A stretch of 63,374 bases of DNA, filler included, from Bacteriovoracaceae bacterium (GTDB lineage Bacteria; Bdellovibrionota; Bacteriovoracia; Bacteriovoracales; Bacteriovoracaceae), in the NCBI GenBank assembly GCA_018649885.1. It is 4 parts of 4 records of this genome, joined end to end, with 100 filler letters (N's around TTAATTAATTAA, not from the genome) between each part and the next. Parts side by side here need not be neighbours in the genome. Positions count along the whole stretch, not along the records: positions 20,330 to 38,714 come from JABIHA010000128.1; 3 more parts are not named here. One strand, 5' to 3'. Made by a program: the position numbers and the translations under genes. Under the pieces are notes generated by a model that saw nothing but the letters and a program-made list of their open reading frames with translations, was not told where the DNA came from and made no database searches. Below, in pieces: positions 20,716 to 30,024 of this stretch (position 1 is its first letter; each line of letters starts with the position of its first letter).

Positions 20716-23107
20716 AGCTGCTCAGGATTATCCTGAAACAAAAGTTGTGGCATCCGATGCAGCTGCAGATGATTGGTTTGGATGGTCTGTCTCTATTTCG
20801 GGTAATAACGCTATTGTAGGAAGTTATCAAGATGACGATGGTGCCAGTAAAGCTGGATCAGCTTACATTTATATATACGACCACTCAACTAATACTTGGG
20901 ATCAAACAGCAAAGCTCAATGCACCTGTCCCAGCGGCCCAAGATTACTTTGGGTATTCTGTTTCAATCTCAGGAAATACAGCTGTTGTGGGAAGCCAAGC
21001 AGACGATGATACTTTTGTTAACTCTGGATCAGCTTATATTTTTCAATACGATCCTTCATCGAATACTTGGGATCAAACTGCAAAACTCAACGCATCTGAC
21101 CCAGCTGCTACTGATAATTTCGGAAGAGCAGTTTCAATTTCAGGAAATACTGCCATTATCGCAGCTCCTCTTGATGACGATGCTGGAGGCCTCTCAGGGT
21201 CTGCTTACATATTTCAATACGATCCTTCCTCTGATACTTGGGATCAAACAACTAAGCTAACCGCTTCCGATGCAGCTGGAGGTGACTGGTTTGGAAACTC
21301 TGTTTCAATTTCTGAAAATACGGCGATAGTTGGTGGCCCATACAACGATAATGGTGGTGCTGACTCAGGCTCGGCATACCTCTTCCAATATGATCTCTCC
21401 ACTAATACTTGGGATCAAAAAATAAAATTTACTGCTTCCGATGCAGCGGCAGGTGACAATTTTGGAATTGCTGTATCAGTTTCTCAGAACACGGCAATTG
21501 TGGGTAGCCCATACAACGATGATGATGGAGGTGACTCAGGGTCTGCTTACATTTTTCAATATGATCCTAGCCTCAATACTTGGGCACAAAAGGCAAAACT
21601 CACTGCCTCTGATGCGGCAGCGGGAGATAATTTTGGATTTTCAGTTTCAGTATCAGGAAATACAGCTGTTGTAGGCGCATACAATGATGATGACGGCGGA
21701 GGTAATGCGGGATCAACATATATTTTTCAATACGATCCCACTTCAGACACTTGGAGTGAAACAAAAAAACTGACGGCTTCTGATGGAGCTGGAAGCGATG
21801 CATTTGGATATGCTGTATCAAATTCAGGAAATACCACAATTGTTGGAGGATACCTTGATGACGACGATGGCCCTGCCTCAGGATCGGCTTATATTTATGA
21901 ACTCAATATCGACAATATTGCACCCGCACCATTATGGGAGGAAGAAAAAATCAGCCAGGGGGGAGCAGGTGAATATTTTGGAATAGCTTTATCAATATCG
22001 GGGAATACTGCTATCTCGGGTGCTGCTTCCCCCACTTCCACTGCTGGTAAGGTAAAGTTTTTTCACTATGAGCCTAGCGCCAACACTTGGGATTACAAAC
22101 TGACAGTCACAGCTTCAGATTCAGCCGCTGGGAATTATTTTGGAGAATCCGTATCACTTTCAGGAAATAACATGATAGCTGGAAGTCGTTTGAACGATGA
22201 TAACGGAGCAGATTCAGGATCTGCTTACATCTTTCAGTATGAACCGACCTATATAATTAATATGTACAGATGGACAGAAAAAGTGAAATTGATCGCTTCT
22301 GATGCAGCTGCTGGAGATGAGTTTGGAAAGTCAGTTGCTATATCGGGCAACACTGCAATTGTAGGTAGCCACTATGATGATGATGGAGGTTCCAAATCTG
22401 GATCGGCCTATATCTTCCAATACGACCCCTCCTCTAATACCTGGATTCAAAAAACAAAATTGACAGCTAGTGATGCGCAAGCAAGTGATTACTTCGGTAA
22501 CTCAGTTGCAATATCAGGAAATATAGCTGTTATTGGTGCACACTACAGTGATGATATTGGAGCTTCTGCGGGGTCAGCTTATATATTTCAATATGATCCA
22601 TCAACCAACACATGGGAGCAAAAGGCAAAACTGACTGCCTTTGATGCGGCAGCGGGAGATAATTTTGGAGGTTCAGTTGCAGTTTCAGAAAATACTGTAG
22701 TAGTGGGCGCAATTGGTGATGATGATGCCTATTCTAGTCTTGCAGGGTCTGCTTATATCTTTCACCATGATCCTTCTACCAATACCTGGGATTTTAAACA
22801 AAAAGTGATATCACTTAATGTGAGTCAAGGAAGTATTCGTTTTGGAGGTTCTGTTTCGGTTTCAGGGAGCAATATTGTTGTAGGCACTCTTACTGAAAAT
22901 AAAGCTTACTTTTATCAATACAATCCCTATACCCATCTTTGGGAAGAAAAAGACGTTCTAACCTCTTCAGATCTGGATCCATTCGATTATTTTGGGAGAG
23001 CTGTTTCAATTTCAGGAAATACAATTATGTCGGGGGCCTATGCAGATGATGATAATGGAGCAGAGTCTGGATCAGCCTACATTTATCGCTTAGATTTCGC
23101 CCCCTAA
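20330..23107 (+). CDS. FG-GAP (integrin alpha-like) repeat protein with Ala-rich repeat stalk; 5' end lost in gap
   Basis: Frame is open from 20330 (ATAEAQAS repeats) in frame with ORF 20747-23107; 14 D.FG.SVSISG...GSAYIF repeats, i.e. two 7-blade propellers. A possible start (AAAGGA RBS, ATG 20208) lies before the gap. Confidence 0.85.
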   Translation, partial: ATAEAQASATAEAQASATAEAQASATANAQASATAEAAASATAEAQASATAEAQASATAEAQASATAEAQASATAYAEASATANAQASATAEAAASATAEAAASATAEAQASATADAQASATADAQATVAAQDYPETKVVASDAAADDWFGWSVSISGNNAIVGSYQDDDGASKAGSAYIYIYDHSTNTWDQTAKLNAPVPAAQDYFGYSVSISGNTAVVGSQADDDTFVNSGSAYIFQYDPSSNTWDQTAKLNASDPAATDNFGRAVSISGNTAIIAAPLDDDAGGLSGSAYIFQYDPSSDTWDQTTKLTASDAAGGDWFGNSVSISENTAIVGGPYNDNGGADSGSAYLFQYDLSTNTWDQKIKFTASDAAAGDNFGIAVSVSQNTAIVGSPYNDDDGGDSGSAYIFQYDPSLNTWAQKAKLTASDAAAGDNFGFSVSVSGNTAVVGAYNDDDGGGNAGSTYIFQYDPTSDTWSETKKLTASDGAGSDAFGYAVSNSGNTTIVGGYLDDDDGPASGSAYIYELNIDNIAPAPLWEEEKISQGGAGEYFGIALSISGNTAISGAASPTSTAGKVKFFHYEPSANTWDYKLTVTASDSAAGNYFGESVSLSGNNMIAGSRLNDDNGADSGSAYIFQYEPTYIINMYRWTEKVKLIASDAAAGDEFGKSVAISGNTAIVGSHYDDDGGSKSGSAYIFQYDPSSNTWIQKTKLTASDAQASDYFGNSVAISGNIAVIGAHYSDDIGASAGSAYIFQYDPSTNTWEQKAKLTAFDAAAGDNFGGSVAVSENTVVVGAIGDDDAYSSLAGSAYIFHHDPSTNTWDFKQKVISLNVSQGSIRFGGSVSVSGSNIVVGTLTENKAYFYQYNPYTHLWEEKDVLTSSDLDPFDYFGRAVSISGNTIMSGAYADDDNGAESGSAYIYRLDFAP

Positions 23108-23112
23108 AAGCG

Positions 23113-23187
23113 GTTTCGGGTTTCTAGGGTTTCTAGTTTCTAGCGTTTCTAGCGTTTCTAGTACGTGGTACCCATGGCGACTGACTG
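23113..23187 (+). repeat. stutter array A (TTTCTA-starting units) plus end motif GTACGTGGTACCCATGGCGACTGACTG
   Basis: Six units beginning (G)TTTC; the last runs into the motif at 23161. Confidence 0.85.
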
Positions 23188-23340
23188 AGAAAAAATGTGC
23201 CATGCTCTTTTGGTTTCGCAAGTGCAAAAACATATCACTGCTTTCATAATAAGGTCGTAGGTGCCATGACACTGTTTCACCGTTTTGCTTGAGCTTCTTG
23301 TTAGAATGACCGCTCTTGTCGTTATTAACAGTTATATCTT

Positions 23341-23413
23341 CGGGTAAGCTCGGGCAACATGATCACTAAAACTATTGCCCGGTCTTGCCCGATTTCGCCC
23401 GGTATGCGATAAT
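23341..23413 (+). promoter_or_regulatory. sigma70-type promoter (TTGCCC-N17-GATAAT, extended TG) overlapped by TTGCCCG repeats
   Basis: CGGGTAA/CGGGCAA at 23341/23351 and TTGCCCG/TTGCCCG/TCGCCCG at 23375/23385/23395; -10 box ends 7 nt before ATG 23421. Confidence 0.55.
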
Positions 23414-23420
23414 TGCAATT

Positions 23421-24548
23421 ATGTTGTCATTTCAAATAGATAGCCAAATCACAAAACAGCTAATTGCTCTAAATGAGCTTATGGCTGAGAAATATGCTTT
23501 TTTGGAGTCCCTACCCAAAGACGAGAAAGAGAACATCCACCGTTATGCCTGGATAAGCATGGTAGGGGCCTCGACTCGGATCGAGAATGCCATTCTAACA
23601 GACAGTGAAATTGATTGGTTGGATTCAGTCCTTGGTAAGGACGGAAAGCAAACCGCTCTAGATGCTCATAGGACGCAAATTGAAGACAAGCTCTCAAAAG
23701 ACAAAGAAAGAAGCGTGGAGGAAGTAGCAGGATGTAGAACTGTTCTTCTTCTGATTTACGAGCAGGCCAAAGACCACCTTCCTTTAACAGAGCATGTAAT
23801 AAGATCGCTCCATCATGAACTACTACGGCATTACTCAAGGCCTGGTATTGTTAAAGGTGATTACAAGGATCATTCAAACTCAGTCGTGGAGAAAAACCAC
23901 GAAACAGGCGATAAAAAGACCATATTCAAAACGGCCGATCCGAGTGTTGAAACAGAAATGGCGATGAAGGAGCTTATAGAATGGTACAACAAGGCCATTA
24001 AAGAAGAGCCTTGGCCACTTGTGGTTGCCGTTGAATTTGTTTATCGTTTTTTGGCCATCCATCCTTTTCAAGACGGAAATGGTCGTCTGGGCCGTGCACT
24101 TTTTCTTATGTCGCTTCTACATTGCCCTAACGAAAAAATGGCCGAAGTCGTTTACCATTTGGCAGTAGATCGTCATATAGAAAAACACAAAGAAGAGTAT
24201 TACATTGTATTAAATCAATGCTCTGATGGCATCTATCGTTCTGACTCTACAGAGTATAAGATTGAATACTTTTTGAAGTACATGATTAAAGTCCTCCAGG
24301 GTGCCATGGCCGATGTAGACTTTTATGCCAAGAGGGCCAAAGAGTTTAAAAAATTGCCAGATAAAGCGATCAAATTATTGGAATGCTTTAAGGAAAAAGT
24401 AGAAGAAAGAGTAAAGACTAAAGATATGATCGAAGCAACTGGCTTCCCAAAAAGAACCGTGACAACCAATTTAAAAACCCTTGTCGATAAAGAGTTCATT
24501 GCCCGTTATGGTCAAGGTTCTGCCACTTATTATCAGCTAATTTTCTAG
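23421..24548 (+). CDS. Fic-domain protein (class II) with C-terminal wHTH
   Basis: Canonical HPFQDGNGRLGR; N-terminal inhibitory motif STRIEN; C-terminal GFPKRTVTTNLKTLVDKEFI...G.GSATYY wHTH. Confidence 0.92.
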   Translation: MLSFQIDSQITKQLIALNELMAEKYAFLESLPKDEKENIHRYAWISMVGASTRIENAILTDSEIDWLDSVLGKDGKQTALDAHRTQIEDKLSKDKERSVEEVAGCRTVLLLIYEQAKDHLPLTEHVIRSLHHELLRHYSRPGIVKGDYKDHSNSVVEKNHETGDKKTIFKTADPSVETEMAMKELIEWYNKAIKEEPWPLVVAVEFVYRFLAIHPFQDGNGRLGRALFLMSLLHCPNEKMAEVVYHLAVDRHIEKHKEEYYIVLNQCSDGIYRSDSTEYKIEYFLKYMIKVLQGAMADVDFYAKRAKEFKKLPDKAIKLLECFKEKVEERVKTKDMIEATGFPKRTVTTNLKTLVDKEFIARYGQGSATYYQLIF

Positions 24549-24672
24549 TCTAGGAGTCCATTGGGAGTCTAGGAGTCTAGTACAGCGGAGTCTAGTACGT
24601 GGTTCCCATGGCGACTAAGTCCAGTCTAGTAAGTCTAGAAGTCTAGTACGTGGTTCCCATGGCGACTGACTG
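24547..24672 (+). repeat. stutter array B (AGTCTA-starting units) with two end-motif copies
   Basis: Nine units starting AGTC; GTACGTGGTTCCCATGGCGACT at 24595 and 24646. Confidence 0.88.
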
Positions 24673-25381
24673 TGTAATCATTTTCTAGGTCGCCGAAGTT
24701 TAAACTCGGTTTTCTTAAGTCCTTTTTTAATTTGATTTAGTTCATCAGAAAAAATAGCTTCATTGATTAAACAACTGTGGTTTTCATAAATAATTTTGGA
24801 CTCCAATGGATAACCTATTTCTAAGTTCCTTGAGAGGTAAAAGAGGGTTGAATATTGATAATCTTCACAACGGGTAACAATACCAGCACGCAAGGGATTT
24901 TGATAAATGTATCGGGCCACTTTTAAGAGATAAAACTCATCGTAGATAATACTCCACTTATAAGAACTTCCAAACATGCGATTAACTCTTTTTGTTTTGG
25001 CCCTAAGTAAATCGCTAAATGTTTTATTAAACCAAAACATAAATTGGTCAATATTTGAATCAGGAGTTTTTATCAAAAGATGATAGTGGTTATTCATAAG
25101 AACAAATTGCGAGACTATGGCCGGACACTTCCTTTGTGCTTTCAAAAAGGAATTTTTTGATATTTCCCAAACTTTATCTAAAGGAAGGCAGAACCATTCT
25201 TTGTTATTTGCCCTGGTTGTAATGTGGTAGTAATACAAATTTGTTCGAATTAGATTCTTTCTTGGCATCCCAATCAATTCTATCAATTGGGATAGTCTGA
25301 CAATAATTTTTATGTATCCAATCTCATTACCTCATTTTTGAGATAATGCCATTAGTCTCCAAAGGAACCACGTACGAATAG
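24640..25381. mobile_element. RAYT-like element bounded by inverted ~22-bp end motifs
   Basis: GTACGTGGTTCCCATGGCGACT (+, 24646) and GTACGTGGTTCCTTTGGAGACT (-, from 25375) face inward around the transposase. Confidence 0.7.
24678..25268 (-). CDS. Y1 HUH transposase (IS200/IS605 TnpA superfamily, RAYT-like)
   Basis: MPRK...YHITTRANNK, FVLMNNHYHLL (HUH motif), YIYQNPLRAG (catalytic Tyr), YQYST. Confidence 0.9.
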   Translation of the reverse strand: MPRKNLIRTNLYYYHITTRANNKEWFCLPLDKVWEISKNSFLKAQRKCPAIVSQFVLMNNHYHLLIKTPDSNIDQFMFWFNKTFSDLLRAKTKRVNRMFGSSYKWSIIYDEFYLLKVARYIYQNPLRAGIVTRCEDYQYSTLFYLSRNLEIGYPLESKIIYENHSCLINEAIFSDELNQIKKGLKKTEFKLRRPRK

Positions 25382-25558
25382 TATACGAATAGTACAATAG
25401 TACGAATAGCAAAGGAACCACGTACGAATAGCGTACGAATAGCCACCGAATAGCCCTACGAATAGCCCGAATAGCCCAGCCAAAGGAATCACGTACGAAT
25501 AGCCCAAAGGAACCACGTACGAATAGGTACGTACGAATAGGTACGAATAGCCGAATAG
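25354..25558 (-). repeat. stutter array C (14 units, CTATT(C)-starting on minus strand)
   Basis: 14 units ending AATAG on the + strand, four carrying the CAAAGGAAYCACGTAC core. Confidence 0.9.
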
Positions 25559-25796
25559 TGGTAAATTTATTGTACATTACGCTCCGAGAGTTCAGGCAAA
25601 TAGAAAGAAGCGCTTTTCCATTAGGCTAATGGTAGAAGAGCGTGAAAAGTCAGGCAAATATCCTGCTATCCTTGATGGCTTCTTGCCAGGGCATGGAGCT
25701 AATCCGTATTACCTAAATCGAGCTAAAATCTATTGCCATGCTTTTGCATGGTAAATTTCTAGTCAATTGATGAATCAGGGGGTCTTCTTTGGCCCT

Positions 25797-28700
25797 CTAT
25801 TTTAAAATAGGGTAGAGGAAGTCACCACCTGCGGGCATTTGCCAATCATTTATAAAGTCAAAATTTGTAAATTCATTCTGATCCTTCATCTCTGAGTCTA
25901 TAAGACCTATCCCTCCATTTGTGAGAGCGCACCCACCTCCAGCACCAGCATTGCACGAAGGATCCAGAGCAAAGGAATCATTTACTGTTGCATCGGCCGT
26001 TGAGTCGCTACCGATAATTGGATTGGCATTGGTGGCGCCTCCGTCCAAGCTGCCAGCTGCATAGGCACGAGTAATGGTTGCTGTTGTATCGGTCATACCT
26101 GCAATTCCTGATATTGAATCAGCTCCATTGAGGACATTTCCACTAGAGTAGCAGTCAGTAACAACGCTTGAGTCTGCCATAGAGCCCACAAGTGCAGAGA
26201 TATATCTACGGTTAATACCTCTTGGATCAGCATAGGCATTTCCTGTGGCGTAGGAGTTAGTAATGGTTCCACGAACGGATTCACCTACTAGTGCTCCTAT
26301 TTTCTGATTGCCCATTCCTGCATTTCCAGTGGCATAGCTATTACTCACACTACTCCAGCTTATTGAGCCTGATAGACCTCCTATTTGCGACCTTGAGGAG
26401 TGATTGGAAATAGCTGCTGAACGAGAATTTGAGTTAGAAATAGTTGATGTGTTAGAGGCAGTACCCACGGCCCCTCCGGTTCCATAATCACCTTGTACGT
26501 ATGAAGCATAAACACTTCCTTCGTCGAGGGTAGAGCCACTGAGAAATCCTGCAATTGAGCCATTGCGGTTTTCTTCACTAAGTATATTCACATAGCTGAC
26601 GATGGAATTTTGTAGTGTTGAAGAATTGACTTCCCCAGCGATCCCTCCAACTTCAAGTCCATTATGTTTAAAAATATTGCCTGCAACTGTTACATTACTA
26701 ATGGTTGATCCACTTGAAATCTTACCTGCAAGTACACCAATTTCAGTGACACTAGTTGCGGTTCTATGGGCGTCAAATAGGTGGATGCGCATTGAGAGAT
26801 TCAGGTTTTGCACTAGGCCTGCTTCGATTTCTCCAAAAAGTCCTAGTCCATTTGCTGCAACATTAATTCCCAGACCCAAGATACTTTTACTATTACCATA
26901 AAGTTTTCCAGTGAAGGGACTGGCATCACTACCAATAGGGGCCCATTTGTAGCACTCCTCAGTAACATCTATATCACTTGTAAGGATATATGAAGCCGAG
27001 AGATTTGCTGCCATTGCAGCAAGGTCCCCCACACCTGTAATTTGATAAGGATCTCCATCACTTCCCGAACCAGACAGTGACGCTGAGGCGGTAATTGTAT
27101 TGGGGAATTGGCCACCACAATTCATTGTAGACGGCATTAAAAGCGAGGTATTTGAATCTACTTCCCAATACTTTTCTTTACCTATTCCCCACTCAGAGTA
27201 AGTAGACTGATCTTTTAGCTCGCTCAAAGTTTTTGCACTACCAGTTATCGTTCCTCCACTAGCGGCTCCTGCGGAGTTGTAGTAATGCTTGCCTCCTTCA
27301 TAGAGTTTATTAGTGCTATCATCTTGAGCTACTATTCCGCCAGATATTGTTCCTGAAACGGTTCCGGAAAAATAACTATCATTAAAAGTGACCTCTTTGA
27401 GAGTGCTCACTACAAATCCTATGATTCCACCAACTTTTGTGTTGCCGCTAATATTGCCGCGAGCACCTAATAGATTGAGGTATACTGGGCCTTTGTCTAA
27501 AGCGCCAATCACTCCTCCTACATTAACTCCTCCAGTGTCAATATCTCCAGTTGATAGCACTCCAATAACATAACTGTTCCAGGAGTTTCCTATTATACCC
27601 CCAACATTACCCGAGCTGTTTGGAGCGTAAATTTTACTGTGGGACTCAGAGAATTTGATATTACTCCAGGTAGAAGTTCCAATGAGTCCACCAATATTAC
27701 TTCCTGTAGAAGTCGTAGAAATATTAACATAACTGCGAAGATAGTGACCTATACTTCTTCTATAGTAGCCGGTAATACCACCGATGCTATTTCCTGTTCC
27801 ATAGCCAGATATAACTCCTGTCGTGGTTAGGTTACGCATATAGTTTACATCTACGTAGCTTAATTCAAACCTTCCTGCCAGCCCTCCTACATAACCTGAG
27901 CCAGAGCGGATATAGGCATCAACATAAATATTTTCTAAGTAGCTATCCTCTCTAATATTGCCAAAAGCTCCTCCCGCATAACCGCCGGAGACTATTTGTC
28001 CGTGAATTGAAATATTGCTTGCAGAGGAAGTATTTTGGAAGTCCCCTGCAAGAATCCCAGTATGGGATTGACCTGTGTTGAAAATATAGGCGTCTACAAT
28101 CACTAAATTGGAAACCTCTGCAGTGTCTGTTTGGCCTAGAAGACCTTGGTAATCTGCTACGGGAGACTCAATTGTAAGGCCAGAGATTTGGTAGTAATCC
28201 CCATCAATCTTTCCATCGAAATTTGTCCCCGCATCTCCTAGCGCCGCCCAACTAGAGCAGCTGAGATCAATATCGTTAGTTAACTTGAAGTATTTTCCAG
28301 AATTAATATATGAGTTGATGCGAGCAAGTTCTTCTTTTGTAGAGATCTCCCAGGCCGAAACAGCGGTATTTCCATCACCGCCTGCAAAGGCCCCTGCTGG
28401 TGTAATGGCGGCAAGGGAAGCACACTTTACCAGGGTAGTAGTATTCGAGGAGCTCTCGCTGCCATTATTTCCAGTCACAATAAGGGTGTGAGCTCCGCTG
28501 GAAGCTATGCTAGCACTAAGACTCCATATTCCGTCACTGCAATCGTCATCTGCAATTGTGATAGTACTTCCATCTAAGCTAGCACTTAGTGAAGTCACAT
28601 TGGTAGTGCAATGGCCGTAAACTGTAGGGTTGGCATCAGTTGTGCTAAATCCTGAGCTCGATACTCGAACAGGAGAAGTTGTAAAGTAAACGATACTATC

Positions 28701-29426
28701 CGAGGAAAAGCTTTGTGCATTCGTATTGGCAAGAGAAGAGCTCAAGTCTATTCGGTAGCTCATTTGTGGGAGGAGAGGAACCACTGGGTTAATTGTAATA
28801 CTCTTGTTTGTTGAATTATAGCTGAGTGAGGCCTCAATTCGCTGGCCCGCTCTCGTTTCTCTAAGAAAAATATTACTTCTTGTAAGAAGAGTCGTATTTA
28901 AATTAGAGTTAAGAACTATTTGAATATCGCTATTACCGTCAACGCCAGTTGAGTTATTTGATGGAGATGTAGTTGAGACATTGAAAGCTACACCCATTCC
29001 GCTAAGTCGAATCTCTTTTTCCGATTTCTCACATGCATAATTCAAGCTCGCTGTTTTACTTCCTGTGCTACTTGGAGTGAAAGCAACACCAACAATGCAT
29101 CTTGCTGATGACTTAATCTCACCACTACTACAGTTTGAGCTTACGATCGAGAACTCACTTGCACCACTTCCCGCAATCGTAGGTGCCTGGCATTTTTTTA
29201 AATCAAAAAAACCGCTATTAATGAAAGTAAGCTCAATTGAATCTGCTGTATCAAGAGGAACGGTGTCGCTGAAATTAATGGAGGCCTTATCAGAGCTTAA
29301 CTGAGCTGGATCATTAGAGTCCGCGAGAAATAGATTATCAAGTTCACTCTTACCGGCATTGCAACCCAGTAAATGCATGAAAAACAAGATAGTCATTAGA
29401 ACTTGAATTTTTTGTCCAGAACCCAC
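25797..29426 (-). CDS. surface lipoprotein with ASH/choice-of-anchor-D, Big_5 and GLUG-motif beta-helix domains
   Basis: Lipobox LLGC; CIVGVAFTPSSTGSKTASL; TSPSNNSTGV; F.GGDG....W.I...EL, Y.LT.DIDL and VGGLAG repeats. Confidence 0.8.
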   Translation of the reverse strand: MGSGQKIQVLMTILFFMHLLGCNAGKSELDNLFLADSNDPAQLSSDKASINFSDTVPLDTADSIELTFINSGFFDLKKCQAPTIAGSGASEFSIVSSNCSSGEIKSSARCIVGVAFTPSSTGSKTASLNYACEKSEKEIRLSGMGVAFNVSTTSPSNNSTGVDGNSDIQIVLNSNLNTTLLTRSNIFLRETRAGQRIEASLSYNSTNKSITINPVVPLLPQMSYRIDLSSSLANTNAQSFSSDSIVYFTTSPVRVSSSGFSTTDANPTVYGHCTTNVTSLSASLDGSTITIADDDCSDGIWSLSASIASSGAHTLIVTGNNGSESSSNTTTLVKCASLAAITPAGAFAGGDGNTAVSAWEISTKEELARINSYINSGKYFKLTNDIDLSCSSWAALGDAGTNFDGKIDGDYYQISGLTIESPVADYQGLLGQTDTAEVSNLVIVDAYIFNTGQSHTGILAGDFQNTSSASNISIHGQIVSGGYAGGAFGNIREDSYLENIYVDAYIRSGSGYVGGLAGRFELSYVDVNYMRNLTTTGVISGYGTGNSIGGITGYYRRSIGHYLRSYVNISTTSTGSNIGGLIGTSTWSNIKFSESHSKIYAPNSSGNVGGIIGNSWNSYVIGVLSTGDIDTGGVNVGGVIGALDKGPVYLNLLGARGNISGNTKVGGIIGFVVSTLKEVTFNDSYFSGTVSGTISGGIVAQDDSTNKLYEGGKHYYNSAGAASGGTITGSAKTLSELKDQSTYSEWGIGKEKYWEVDSNTSLLMPSTMNCGGQFPNTITASASLSGSGSDGDPYQITGVGDLAAMAANLSASYILTSDIDVTEECYKWAPIGSDASPFTGKLYGNSKSILGLGINVAANGLGLFGEIEAGLVQNLNLSMRIHLFDAHRTATSVTEIGVLAGKISSGSTISNVTVAGNIFKHNGLEVGGIAGEVNSSTLQNSIVSYVNILSEENRNGSIAGFLSGSTLDEGSVYASYVQGDYGTGGAVGTASNTSTISNSNSRSAAISNHSSRSQIGGLSGSISWSSVSNSYATGNAGMGNQKIGALVGESVRGTITNSYATGNAYADPRGINRRYISALVGSMADSSVVTDCYSSGNVLNGADSISGIAGMTDTTATITRAYAAGSLDGGATNANPIIGSDSTADATVNDSFALDPSCNAGAGGGCALTNGGIGLIDSEMKDQNEFTNFDFINDWQMPAGGDFLYPILK

Positions 29427-30024
29427 CTTATATACTTCCTCCTGCTTGATTATAAGGGCTTAATATAATGAAGCTTACCTACCTTCAGTTGGAACCATAA
29501 ATAGCTAGAAGTTTATTACTTCCAAAATAAAATTTAGTGAGTACCTCTTGGTTCCGCCCATATGGATTGGCAACTCACTGCACCGCCCATATTTGTCGAC
29601 AAAATGCAAAAAATTAATGAATCTAGAGAAAATTTATTTAGAAACGAGGTCGTGGTGTGGAGGGGGAGCTGCCTATTTTCATCTTTTGGAAAAGGTATTG
29701 TATGTTTCCAAGACTTCAGGCATGTTGATGGAGTTTTTGCTCAAGTGAAACTCAAACCGACATACAAGAAACTCTCCTTGCCGCAGGTCTAGATTGTAAC
29801 CTAGAAGGTTTATTGGCCTATTGCTTTAAATCAAGCTTGGAATCTGGGGAACGATCAAACTCAGTTGTAAAATTTAAATTTGTAGAAACAACAGAAATCA
29901 AAAGTTTGACTACTTCTCCTTTGGTATTTGAACAAACAAGGAAGTATGGCTTCAAACTTTCGTCTATGTATAGTGGTTGCCAGGTATTGATAAAGTAAAG
30001 AAATAAAAATAGATATGCCCACTT

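Noticed and set aside
20274..20830. Gln/Arg-, Cys- and Leu/Trp-rich ORFs (20352+, 20423-, 20274-)
   Set aside because: Alternative frames of the 24-bp repeat; the Ala-rich frame is the one continuous with the FG-GAP gene.
25354..25558. CRISPR array
   Set aside because: No constant-length repeats with unique spacers; the intervening DNA consists of truncated copies of the repeat itself; no cas genes.
25332..25577. 81-aa ORF over array C (and 23090-23272 over array A)
   Set aside because: Translation of low-complexity repeats; no RBS or domain.
29548..29998. Three short + strand ORFs
   Set aside because: Short, overlapping, non-ATG or RBS-less starts; treated as intergenic or decayed DNA.
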